From assembly GCA_001724265.1 (NCBI GenBank), contig MEDY01000202.1:1-53761 (forward strand): a stretch of 53,761 nt of DNA, read 5' to 3'. This document shows, in pieces, positions 34,601-47,316 of this stretch. The translations under genes were made by a program, and so were the position numbers. The notes beneath the pieces were generated by a model. The model was not told where the DNA came from. It saw only the letters and a program-made list of their open reading frames with translations, and ran no database searches. Within the stretch, counting starts at the first letter, position 1. Each line of letters begins with the position of its first letter. The DNA is from Rhizaria sp. SCN 62-66 (Eukaryota).

Positions 34601-37600
34601 ATGCACCTCCGCTGCAGCAGCTGTATCGGCGCGAGGTAGTGTCATTGACGGTAACGCCGTTAGCCACGCTGCTCACGACGATGACCAGGGCGTTAATGCT
34701 GATGCATTAATTAATGCCCGCAACCAAATGGTTGTATATCTAAGCGGACATTTCATGACGACTATTGGTGCTGTGGCGGCAGCGCTTCAAGTTCCATGCG
34801 CCCAAGCGAGCGCTGCCACAGAGGCTGACGCTGATGCTAGCGACGATGGCGATCACGGTAATGCAAGCGCAAGTGCAAGTGTGAGTGCTGATATCGGTAA
34901 TTATCAAGAAAACAGTTTTGACACAGAGTCGAAGCAACATTCAGATGCGACTGCTGCCTCTCCTGCTGTTGACAGCAGCAACTCCAGCGCAGCGTGCCCC
35001 GGCATAGCCCCGGACAACGTCGCCGTAAACGCCTTGAGCAACAGCCTGAGCAGCGACGACTCCGACATGCGTCTGGCGTCGAACCAGTCGACGCTGGTGG
35101 CGCCGCCGACGCCGGGGCCCGCCGCGGGGACGCGCGCCCACCGCGCCGCGCCGCTGACGTCACAACCGCAGGTGCATTCGAGCACGCTGTCGCAGCAGTC
35201 GCAGTCAAATTCATTGTCGCAGCTGCAGGGCAAGTCTGGCCTCGGCCACGGCCACGGCCAGGCACACACGCGGCCGCCGTCGACGCCCGCCACGCGACTG
35301 CCGCGCGGCGCGGGGGCGCGGGCGGCTGGCGGCTCGCCCCTGCAGGGGCTTGGCTTCGGCAGCCTCGGTCTCGGTCTCGGGCTCGGCTCCGGAATGCAGC
35401 ACTCTGCGCACAGTCACCTGCTCGGGCCGGGGTCCGCGTCCGCTGCGGCAGCGACAACGAAGGCAGCGGTCTTGACTGTGCGCGTGATGCTCCGGGCCGT
35501 GGTGCGCAACAGGGCGACGGAGATCCAACACCAGCACCAACAACAGAAGCAACAACAACGTGTGTCTGGACCCAGCGACAGCGCCAGGGCAGACTCACCG
35601 TCTCAATCTCAATCTTCCGAAGTCGACGCACTGTCGGAGCCGCAGCCGCAGTGGTTGCCACCATTGCTGGAGCCGCCCTCAGAGCAGTCGCCCTTGAAGT
35701 CGCCGCAGGAACTATAGCCCCATCTGCAGCAGTCGTCCTCATCGTCATCCTCAGCTTCTGTGTTCCAGTCGCCCCTGCCGCCTCCGCCGCGCTCGCACTT
35801 GCGCTCGCACGCACAGTCGCGGACCGCATCGCAGTCGGCGCACCTACACCCGCAGTCGCGCTCAAAGCCACACTCACCACAGTCGCAACCTCCGTCGGAG
35901 GCGACTGAGACGCTGCAGGCATTGTGCACGTTCCTCGACAGCCTGTTGCCGCCCGCTGCACACGGTCACTTGCACGGGCTCTCTGCAGGCTCGTTGCTGG
36001 CGTCGCCCCGCGCCAGTGTCCGCGGGTACACTCACACCAGCCTTCACGGCCATAATCACAGTCAGCAGTCGCAGAGTAACTCACAGCTCCTCTCCGGCAC
36101 TGCCAAGAAAGACACACCCGCACTCGTTTCGATGACTCCCCCCACTGGCGAAGAGGCCGCAGGAGCGCCAGAGACAGCGGCGGTGGCCGACTTGGCGGCC
36201 GCTGCGGGTGAGGCTTTCGCCGCCTCGCTCGCCCGCGCGCGCACTGTGCTGCTCGCCGTGGCGCGCGCCGCGCGGCTGCCGCAGGAGGAGCTCGCCGCGA
36301 TGGAGAGCGAGAGCAAGAGCCAGGACGCGACTCTCGTCGCTGCCGCTGCTGCCGCTGCCGCAGCTGCTGCCACAACGGAGGCGCTGAGAGACGGTGAGGC
36401 CGGTTTGGCGCACGTGAAGCAGCTGCGGATGGACGACTGTTCCGACTCAGACAATTTCGAAGACAATAGCAATGCCAAGCGCAAGACTTTGCAGACAAGA
36501 AGCACCAATGGCAACGATGGTGACGACAATGACGATGCCAGCGATGGTGAGACCTTTGCCCTGGACGACCGCGGCTTCTACAAACTTAAACGTGCACGCA
36601 CACGCCTTTCAATATCCACTGCATCGTCGACAGCCTTCGTGTTGGCTTCCCCCGGTGCCACCGCACTGCAACAGAACATATTGCAACCGCTGCGGCGACG
36701 TCCGGCGTCGCTGCGTGCGTCGTTCGCTGCACTCGCTGACCCGTCCTTACTCTGCACCGCAACTTCACAGACACAGTGGCCTTGGCAGTCACAGTCGGCT
36801 CTCTGGTTGCCGTCGCCTCTACGCTCTGTTTCGGCGGTTTCCACCGCGTTCGGCGCTTTTCACAGCACGCCCGCGAGCGACTCGAACGTCGCCTTTAGCT
36901 CTGCTGGTGGCGTCTTTCCTTCTGCGATGTGGGCGTCGGTGCCCCCCGCGGCCGCTTTATGCGCGTTCCTAGCTTTCACCGCGCCGTCCAGCTACGCACC
37001 GCTTGCGCACACGCTGCGCGTCGTCGCCGCCACAGCCGCCGCCGCTGTTGCGACATCTATTTCGGCCGCGGGCACCAATGCGGGTGCTGCAGCGGTGGCG
37101 GCTGCGGCGGCCACCGAGGCAGGTTTCCTCGAGCTATCGATCGACAGTAATCACAACTTGAGCCACAACAGCAATTCCAACAACGGACCAGGGCCCAGCA
37201 ACAATGCTTCGTCGACGGTAATGACGCAGGCGCGGGCGCTGGCGCGCGAGCCTATGGCCGTGTGCAGTCTGGCTCGGGCTGCTGCTGATGCGGGACTCGC
37301 CGCCGCGTTGCCTGCGTCGCTACACACCCACGTGGCGAAGCTTCTGTGGGGCGGTAACTTTAACAATGGCAGTCACAGTAGAGAATGCGGGTTTGACTGT
37401 GGCGGCGCCAGCGTTGGTGCTATTTTATGCCAGCTATACGCCCTTGCAAACCTTGGTGTCGATGGTGACAACACCAATATCTCACCCGCGAGCACACTGT
37501 CTACTGATCGTGCCGTTGCCTTTCTCTCCCGCGGACTTGCGCCTCATTCACCAGCAACCACTCGCACTCACAGCAAGCGGCAGCAGCGGCTGCAGCAAGA

Positions 37601-40600
37601 ACGCGATGCCGTTGCGGCCGCACTCACTGCCGCATCCGCGCCGACCGCAGCGGGCGCGCGCGCGCTGGCTGCCCTTGTTGAGGCTTCGCTCGCGGCTGCT
37701 CTTGCTCCCGCTGCTGCTGCAATTGTACCTGCGGCAACTAGTACAACTTATAGCGCAAGCTCAAACAACTCTGGTGCGCCGCGGTGTGACGCTGCGTGCA
37801 TTGCGTGCAATGCGGAGTACATTCCGTCTCCAGTCTCAGCATTGGCGCAGGTTCTGGCTCTAGCGTTAGTTCGCGTGGCTGCGCTAGGATGCCAATTTTC
37901 ATCCTCCGGTGCGATTGCAGCTGCTGCAGCGGTTGATACGCAGCCCAATTCCTCCGGTGCGAGCGCGAACGGTCAGAGCCCCCGCAATGATGCGGGTGGG
38001 AATGCACTTGAGGCTATCGCACGCGCGCGCGCTCTCGCGCTCTCTACACTGCGGCTGCTGCTGCTGTTGCTGTCGGTTGACCCCGCGCTCCGAGCCGGGC
38101 TGCGCGCCCAGGCGACGGCACACGAAGCCCGACGAGAGCTGAGCAACAACACCGATTGCAGCAGAGACACGACTGCGGATGCTGATGGTGGTCCTGCAAC
38201 TCTCAACGGTGAGCGCATGTCTAGCGCTAGCCCTGATGTCCGTGCTGACTTTGTTGCCCCAACTCTCGTCAGCGCAGTTCTGTCTCTGTGGCAGGCCGCG
38301 GCAGACGACTACCCCGTTGCGGCGTTGTGCGCTGCTGTGCTTACTGTTGCTCTCCACTGGCAGTGCGCTCCGGCCTCGGTCACAGCGGCCACTGCAGCCG
38401 CCTTCACCGACATCAGCGGCAGCAGTGGTAGCAACGGTAACGACGGGGCTGTGATGTCATTGTCGCAGGACGAGCGATATATCGTCAACTGTGCTCTAAC
38501 GCGCTCACGCACACTGCCGACCCTGCAGGCGCAATCTCAACACGCACAGCTTGCTATTGTTGCCAGTGAAGTTGTTGCTGCAGATGAGACCGCGGCCGCG
38601 TGTGCGCGTGCAGTGGTTGGCTGCACCCGCGCTCTGCACCCACTGCTTGTCACGACAACGCCATCCGACACGGGATACATCACCGGTGATGTTTGCGGCG
38701 CAACAGAGCAATATTCTCAGTCATGGTCGTTACTCAGCGAACTTGCCAGCGGAACAAATGCGTTCTCACCACCTCACAGCAAGGAGCACCACAGTAATTC
38801 TTCTAATCGTGGGAGTTCAGGTGTTAACTGTCCCCTGCTGCTGTCATCACCCGTCGGTCTGCCCGCGCCTCCGCTGCTGTTGCGCCACGGCGTCCTGCAC
38901 AGCACATACCACCCGGAGGCCCTGCTCGCGGTCACTGCGCTTGCATCGGCTCTCACGCTCACTCCGCCCGCGCCTCAACTCGCGGTCACGGCGACAACTC
39001 AGAGAGGAGTTTCTGCAGGTACTTTGCATGCACTGGCTGTTTCTGGAGCAAATGTCCACACTCCTTCGATCAAGGCCGCCGCCGCAGACTCTGCGATCGC
39101 AGCTGCCACCGAGTCTCCAGCCGCGCGGTACTTGTTCTCGCTGCTGCGCCCGCTGCCGCTGCCGGCGCTGGCCCCGCTGCTGCCGCTGGCGCCGGTCACA
39201 ACTGCTGCCGTGCCCGGCGCCGTGTCTGCCGTGCCCGCGCAGACATCGGCCGGGCTCTCGGTGCTGCCGCTGCCGGCGCAGGCGCACACGCTGCCGCTGT
39301 GGGCACTACCGCGGTTGCGCGCGCTCCTGAGGCTTATCCCATCCCTGCTTACCGCCGCGCGCACTTCAGGCGCGCGCACAAATCCTAACGCGGATGATAT
39401 CACCGTGTCGGCGGACGCCGAAGCTGGGTTGATTGCTCTCGCCCGTCTGTGTCAGTTGCTGCTGCGGGAGCTGCGCGCCCTCGCCCCCGCGCCTGCGCCT
39501 ACTGCCCTCGCGGTTGGTTTGCTCACCGGCGTGTTCGACTGCCCGTCGCAGTCCCAGTCGCAGCCGCTTGCCACCGAACCCGCTGCTGCTAACGCTGCTG
39601 CCGAGGTTGCCATCTCCGCCGCTCTCTCTACCGCTGGCGCCACGCCTGCTGCTCCAGCTCATGTCGCGCTCGCGGCCGCCTTTACAGTCGCAGCCCGCGC
39701 TGGAGCCAACGCGCGCCGACTTGCCGCTGTCTTGGGCTCTGCGCGCGCTGCTCTGGCCCTTGCCGCTGCGCCCGCGCTCACAGTCGCCGCACAGGCTGCC
39801 GCGCACGCCGGGACGCGGTTTGCCGCAGGGATTGCGCACGGGCTGCTGGCGCTGAAGGCGGCTGCGTTTGCGCTGCCTGCTGCGGCGGCGCGAGCTCACG
39901 AGGCGCGGGTTGAGGCTGAGGCCACAGGGGCGCCGTGTGACCGTGCTGAAAACGAGCCCGATAGCGAGAGCGAGAGCGGCAACTCAAAAAATGACAACAA
40001 CAGCGGTGACGAAGTTGGTGACCAGCGCGGTCGTAGTCGCAGTCGGGGCGATAATACGCGTAGCCACCGCGACCGCGCCATCGTGTACGACTTTGACGAT
40101 GACGGCGGCAGCAGCTCAACAAACACAAGCCGCTGGCGCTCGCTGCCGGACCGGTCTGCACACTTGTACTCTGCACAACTGCAGCTTGCCGCGGCGTCGT
40201 CTGCCTCGGCGGCAGCGCTTACACGGCAGCATCAGGCTGCTGCGGCCGCCGCATCTGCCGCGGGCGCGCCGCCGCCGCCGCGACCTGTGTTTTCGCTTGA
40301 TGTGCTGCTGCGGCCAACACAGCAACATGCTCTTGGCGCGGCCAACACGACCGCTGGCGCGGATCGCAATAGCGATGGGAGTCGTCTCGCCAGCGAGACC
40401 GGTGGCGCGATGAGCAACCGGCCGGCGCGAGGGAACGGCCCTCGTTATCTCAGCACATGCGTTTTTGACTCTGTACTCGCACTGGCGAAGGCCCCAGGAC
40501 CTGACGCGGCAGTGCTTGTTGCTGTAGTCTCAGCGCTGAGGCTTGCTGCGACACTCGCGCCCATGCGGACTGCGCGGTCGCTCTCGCAATTGCAACCGGT

Positions 40601-41840
40601 GAGTGCGACTAATGCGGGTCTTGGTGGCGCCGGGGCAGGTTTTGTGTGGCGGTCCGCTCTGGTCACACCGGACACTGTTGCTTCTGCCGCCACCGCAGTC
40701 GCTGGTGCAGGTTCTGCAAACTCACTCACATCAGTACTCTCGGTGCCAATGAGCGCGTTTCCGAGTGATACAGCTGCCGCGGTAGCTGTGGCGACTACAT
40801 TGCCTTTAGACCCACCTCAGCCAGCTCCCCTATCGCAGCAGCAGCAGCAGCAGAAACAACAATATTCGCGTTCTCGCAGCAGCGGCCCGTCATCCGCTTC
40901 TCGACCCCAATCAGCTCCGTTGTACTGGCCCTGCGCGCTCCCGCGGCGCTCCGCCGCAGTTGCCGCCGCTGCGGCGTAGCTGGTCATGGGTGCGCTCGAG
41001 CGGTTTGGCGCCGCCGCAGCGCTGATGTTTGCGTTTCCGTCGCCGCCGCTGGGGCCGCACGCACAATGCGTCTTTGCGACCGGCGCCACGGCGGAGGCAA
41101 ACACCTCGCCGAACATTGTTGGCGGAGACGACACCGCAGTTGCTGAACGAACGTCGACACGGACAGCAGCTGATGCGAACGCGTGTCGCACCCCCATTGC
41201 TGTTGTCTCAACTGGCGCGATCTCGCTCTTCCCGCATCTGTGGCTCCCCCCGCTGTCGCTGCTCCGGCCCCGCGGCGCGCCCCCCGTTGCCCGAGACCTG
41301 TAGCCGCGGCTGCGGGTGCGCAACCTGCCTGCTGAGCTCAGGAAGCTCGCCACGGCGGCGGCGCGCACGAAGGCTAAGACTGCCACAGCGTCAAAAACGA
41401 CGGGCAATGTGACATCCACTGCGTCTGGTTCTAACACGACAGCAGCAGTTGTTTTGGTTTATGCTGACGGTTCCATTCACGATGCGAGCTGTGGAGGCGT
41501 TCACAACACCATCGAGCCAGATTCTGAGTCTGAAACGGTGGCAGTGGCTTTAGGGACTGTCGCAGCAGTCTACGGGCGCCTGACAGCGCTGGCAGTAACT
41601 TCGAAGGTTCAAGTTGCGCAGGCGTGCCAGCTAGCATCGAATCATTGCAATACTGCGCATATACAACCATTTGAGTCCCTTTCTGCAGTTGAACTTGAGG
41701 GCGCAGTTGCTGTTGCAGCGCGCGCGTCGCCGCTGTACTGGGCAGCGCTTGGTGACTCTGGGGCTACAGCAATCTCAAGAGCCGAGGCAGCGCGTGCAGC
41801 CAAGGCAATTCAAACTCTTATTGAACTGCCATCTCTTTGA
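31638..41840 (+). CDS. ~3400-aa hypothetical protein (disordered N-terminus, coiled coil, Ala/Leu-rich helical C-terminal half) with five in-frame TAG codons
   Basis: ORF-track pieces ending at 31694, 32795, 35717, 40979, 41303 and 41840 are all in one frame. The first five end in TAG, the gaps between them contain no other stop, and the last ends in TGA. No AT-rich intron-like interruption is visible. Confidence 0.8.
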
Positions 41841-42685
41841 TTTCATTGGAGTCGTTCGAAATATCTCGGTTTATGTTGTTGCTTTCACGAAACATATCCA
41901 CAGCACTGCTATTACGTTATCTTCTTCACCGTGTTTGTTAATTTGTACTCACTTCTGACATCACGGCAATATACATAGTTTCATTTTATTCTCTTCACGT
42001 CCAGGACTGTGCTACGTGAGGTGAGAACACAGATAACCAGACAGTTTCAGTGACCGCAGCCGTAAAGCGTGATCCGACAATTTCCGTCGCTCACACTGCA
42101 AATTTGACCCCAGTGAGTCTAACACAACTGCTTGTACCGGAGTCGCTGACACTGAACGAGTACCAAAACTGGAGTCTATCCCTACAACTGTGAATTCTGA
42201 TGCTCGGCAGCAACAATCAATGCCAAACGGTTACAGCATCAGCATCGTTCCCAGCACAGCAAGTCAACAGCAAGATCGCGTGGACGGTCGCCCTCTTAAG
42301 TCAAGCCCCAAGAGGAAGCAAACTGCTCCCTCTGATGCACGTAGCATTGGTTGGGCACGTTCAGCGCCTGTCATCAATTGCGACTGCAACACAACATGCT
42401 TTGAGACCGCGGACTGCGGTGCGGTACACATACGACGACTCCTCAGACACAGACACTTTGACTGACAATTTTTGTGAGGATGATGGTTCTTACATCGCAA
42501 GTTGTCACCAGATCATGATCGCGTAAACGAATTAAATTCTGGTGAAAAATACTTTTGTATGACCGCCAACAAAAAAATTGGCTCCGATTTTTATGAAATA
42601 AATTGTCGAAATAACGGCCTGGCCTATTACAGTACCAAACGAGACTCACACACTCACGGGGAATCAGGGGGAATCAGTACCGCAC

Positions 42686-45600
42686 TCAGAAGGTGATGTC
42701 ATCGTCGAGGTCGTCCTCCTCGAAGCCGTCCTCATCGTCCTCGCCTTCCTCGTCCTCGTTCTCCTGGTCCGCGGCCTCCAGTTCGGCCTTGACCTCGCCG
42801 GCCCTCTTGTTGGCGTAGTTGAGCAGGGGCGCGACCGCGCCGTCGGCCGCGGTGATGTTGTGCGCGATGTCGGGGAACGCGGCGCCGTCGCGCTGCACCC
42901 AGAGCTGGATCGCGTTGAGGTAGCGCTCGAAGACGTTCTCCTTGTCCATGTCCGTCTTGAACGGGATCTCCTCAGCGCGGAAGTTGGCGCCGCCGCCGCC
43001 GACTACACTGCGGGCCGCAGCGGCGTCGTTGGCGAGCGCGGTGAGCTTGGCCTCCATCGACTTGGCGATGTTCTCGACCGTCTCCTCGGTCTCAGCGCCG
43101 TGCTCCGCGCCGTCCTCGCCGTTGCCGTCGTCGTCATCGTCGTCGTCGGCGTCCTTGTCAGAGTCGATGTCGTTGAACAGCTCGTCGCCGCGGTTGTCAT
43201 CGTCGTCGTTGTCCTCGTCTTCGTTCTCGAGCTCCGCCTTGTAGATCTGAAACAGCATCTCGACCATCTTGCCCACCAGCACGTGCGCGTGCGGCTGCAG
43301 CTCGGCCGGCAGCGCCGTCGTGGGCACGGCCGTGACGAGCGCGGACATGGCGAGCATGGGGTACTCAAGCACCTGCGCCGCCGTGAGGTGCTCGATGAGC
43401 GAGAACCAGGCGTTGAAGCAGCGCGCGAGCAGCCCCGTGGCCTGGAGCTGCGTGAGGAACAGCACAGGGTCGTGGAAGCACAGCGCGGCGACGCAGTCGA
43501 GCACGAGCATGCAGAAGTAGACGTTGCCGCTCTCGGTCTTCTCCATCGCCGGCACGCACATGGCGAGGATGCGCGGGTAGAAGGCTGCGATCTGGCCCTT
43601 ACCGCAGTTGCCCAGCAGCGTGCGCAGCAGGATCGCCGACCGCTGCGCGGAGGCCTCGTCCTCGGGAGACATGAAGAACTTCTCCGGCACAGACAGGATG
43701 CCCTCGACGCGCTCGGCGACCTGGAAGAGCTCGACACCGTCGTTGGCTGTGGCGTAGTTGACCAGCGGGGGCACGACGTCCTCGACGTAGTGACAGCCCC
43801 AGTCAGAGTGCACGGACTGCACAATCGTGGGGAAGATGCTCCACATCGTCTCGCTGATGCATGAGCCTGAGTAGGTCACCGCCTGCGGTGTGTTCAAAGC
43901 AACACAAAAAAATAACAAACAAGCAATGCGTTAGAAAATTGAACATATACAACATATAACAGAAATCCATATCATTACACAATAGAATTTAAACATATCA
44001 TGTTGCTTTGAATTGAATCTGTACCTGGATGAGGCGGAGCGCCTCGGCGAGGAGCTCGGTGTTCTCGGTCTTGAAGATATGGTTGAGCAGGGGCAGCACC
44101 ATCACCTCGACCTGCGCGAGCACGTTGTCGTGCCCGTCCAGCGCCTCGACGATGGTCGCCAGCGACTCGATGTACTGGCCCGCCGCGCGCAGCGCCTCGG
44201 TGGCGGCGCTGTCGTCGTCGTCGAAGAAGTCGTCGTCGTCGCCGCCGCCGGCGAGCGCGCCGGTGCCGTCCTCCTGCTGCTCGCGGAAGCGCTGCTCGCT
44301 GCTGGCGACGACGCCCATCGCGTTCTCGGTCAGCACGACGAGCTGCTGCACGATGGCGAGCGCGTGCGGCACCAGCTCGGCCGAGAAGCGCTCCAGGAGG
44401 CGGCGCATGACGATGCCGAGCGTCTCGCTCACGGTCGTTGCCATGAGCTCGAGCACCGTCTTGAGCAGCGTCGCCACGTCCGGCTTCAGCGCCTTGAGCA
44501 CAGCGCGCACGCGCGTGAGCTTCGACAGCGCGTTGGCGCCCTCGAGCTGCAGCGAGCGGTCGCCCGAGCGCAGCGAAGAGATGGTGAACTGGACCACGGG
44601 GTACAGGAACTCCTTGCTAAAGGGCAGCGTGACGTAGCTCGCGATGACGTTGAGCCCGCGCACGGCCAGCACAGGCGGCGTCGCGGGCTCGGTGAGCTCC
44701 ATACCCACGTGCTCCTCAATCAACCGCGCGGTGGGCTCGGCGTACTCCTTGCTCGAGAGGTACTTGTGCAGCGCAGACACCGCGCTGAGCGCGCCGTCCT
44801 TGACCTGCAGCATCGCGGCGCGCCCGGCCGCGTCGGAGGCCGCGTACTGCGCCAAGATCGTCTGAATCAGGGCCATGATGGGCGCGAGGGCCGAGCGCGT
44901 GCGCGTGGACACGAGCGTGCTCAGCAGACGGCGCGCCGCGTCGCGGTGCGTCGAACGGAAGATGACCGCAGTCGAAATCTAAGCAAAGAGTTAGAAACGC
45001 AATGTAATTGTGAGATTATGAAACTAAAACTGCATAACAACCTACATTCACCGCAATTAATTTAAAAGTATGTGGAATAATCGTTGGGCCATGTGCGTAC
45101 CTGGACGACAAAGCCGCTGGGGTCGCGGTGCCACTCTTCGAGGTCGTTGCGCGAGATGGCGAGGGCGCGCATAACGCCGTCGAGCACGATCGCCTCCAGG
45201 TTGGGCTTGATGACGTTCTTGTACAGAACGGCGTTGTCGACGCTGACATCGATGATCTGCAGCGTGTAGTACCAGCACCGGTCCGACATGGGCACGACGC
45301 CGGTCTTGTGCTGCTGGATCACCGTGTGCGCGACCGTGGCGGCTGCGGAGCCGTAGCGCGCGAGCCACGACTTGGCCCATGCGCTGTAGCCCTTGTGCAG
45401 GTTCTTCGGCAGCGTCTTGGGCACCTTGGCGTGCATCAGCGCGTGCAGAATGCGCATGGCCCACTTGCGCGTCTTGAGCTCATAGTGGTCACCTTCGCTG
45501 TTCTCGGCCGAGTCCGCCACCTCTTCGCGGTCCTCCTCCGGCACGGGCTGCGTGACGAAGCCGCAGAGTAGCGCCACAAGCGTGTCCTGCACCGACTCGG

Positions 45601-46294
45601 CGCGCATGAAGGTCGGCGTGTACATCTGGAGCGACTTGTACACGGCCTTGAGCGCGGCCTCGGCGACGCGTCCGCTCTGCTCCGTCAGCGGCGCCTGCAG
45701 CAGCGACGAAAGCATCGGCAGCAGCACCTCATACGCCGCGTTGCAGATGGCGTTGTAGCGCGGGTACGTAACGCGGCCGATGACGTACACGGTCACCTTG
45801 AAGAGCGTGACGTAGCACTTGACCGCGTTGAGCACAGTGTCCTGGGCCGCGCCCTGCACGGCGGCAAGGCACTGGGCCGCGAAGTGGTCGGCGTGCGTGT
45901 CCAGGTCGCAGCGCACGATCACAAACAGCGCGTCCAGCAGCATGTTAATGATGGGCTTGAAGCGCTCGGGCATGAGCGCGTGCGGAATGAGGTTTTGGCG
46001 CACGACCTCGCGGTCCTCTGCGCCGATGTTGACGAAGCGGCGGCCGAGCATCGCGCCGTCCTCGACCGTGTAGCCCCAGTTGTCGCTCACGATGCGCTTC
46101 ACGCGCATTGACGCGGCAAGCCGGAGACGCGCTTCGACGCCGTCAACGTTGGTAACAATGCCCAGGAAGGTGTTAAGCACGCCGGGAGTCTGCTCCAGCT
46201 CGTAGAGGCGCTGCTGCGCGGCCAGCACGACCTCGGTGTTGGGGATCAGTGTGCCCGCCAGGCACTCCAGGATGGCGCTCGTGAGGTCAGCCAT
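42686..46294 (-). CDS. Importin-7/8-like karyopherin beta (Nmd5/Sxm1 family), ~1114 aa; 3 exons
   Basis: Exons 46294-45101, 44978-44025 and 43882-42686. IBN_N-like N-terminus (RLAASMRVKRIVSDNW), KTRKWAMRILHAL, DLEEWHRDP, KDGALSAV, acidic C-terminal tracts. Ends TGA. Confidence 0.85.
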
Positions 46295-47316
46295 GGGAGC
46301 TGGGTAAGGAACGCGGAAAGGTAAACGTGACACGGGTAGAGTCACGACGAAAAAGAACGAGTGGACGGGTACAAAGTCGAGGAGAGGGTGAGTTACTGTG
46401 CGTGTGGAAGTGGAGGGTAAGAGCGGTGCGGCAGAGTGGGCGCCGCGAGCGGGGATCGGCGATATATCGAATACAATTTAAAAACATCATATTCCAGGGG
46501 ATGTGCTTATTCAAACAGATGCTAAATAGTCATATGGTCGATCACACATAGACATATTGACATCGGCGTTCGGCGGCACAATTCGCGCCGCCGCACCGCG
46601 CTGCGCTGTTTACTGTGGTTCGTAAAAAAACACGATTTCGAATCGAGACGGGTCGCTCACGGTCCCCCAGACCAACGTACGTCCACCTCCCTTGGGATTG
46701 CCACAGCGACATCATCGGTGGCCTGCGATGTATTTTATAGGTTTATAAGCATTGGCGGAGTTTGCTCCTATGCATGGGTGATATTTATTTCTTTCCCACT
46801 TTCGACGTTTCTCACCAACTGGATGGTCCCAGCCTCTCACGACGGCAGCAGGCGCTCTCCATCTCAGCGCTCTCTCGAGCGGTCTGTGCGCTGGGCACCT
46901 TCGTCAGCATGCTGTACTGTTCGACTCTACGACACACCATGCCAAGATATATGTGTTATTTAACTTGTGTTGCTGCCCGACCCCGCTGCAGAGCGATATC
47001 GTCCCAGTCGCGAGGGTCGTCGCTCTCGTGCAGCCCTATCTATCTGTCCCCTCCACGTTCTCGACGCTCCCGTCATCTATAATAATCATTATTCCTTTTC
47101 ATATGACTCACACCTCTCTTCTCATTCCATATGTTCTTTCTAATTTTCCTTGTACGCTTCATCATAACAACACAACAGCCTCCAACCCCCACCCCACCAG
47201 AGCAACAGTCCGTTTGCTGTTGTACTTCCTTCTTTGTCACAGACAAGTAGGTCCACCTCTTTCTCAACACACACGAGTCAGACACTCAGAGGCTCTCTCC
47301 TCGTCGTCTTCCCTCC

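Noticed and set aside
31638-41840. Pseudogene, pyrrolysine or programmed read-through explanation for the TAGs
   Set aside because: There are no frameshifts or TAA/TGA breaks, and no shared downstream context (next codons CGC, ACG, CCC, CTG, CCG). The TAGs occur in unrelated genes, and pyrrolysine is not known in eukaryotes.
41841-42685. Short ORFs between the 3400-aa gene and importin
   Set aside because: No codon bias or homology cues; most likely converging 3'UTRs or intergenic DNA.
46718-47316. ORFs upstream of PP2A-A
   Set aside because: They are pyrimidine-rich and lack coding bias; more likely promoter, 5'UTR or a UTR intron.
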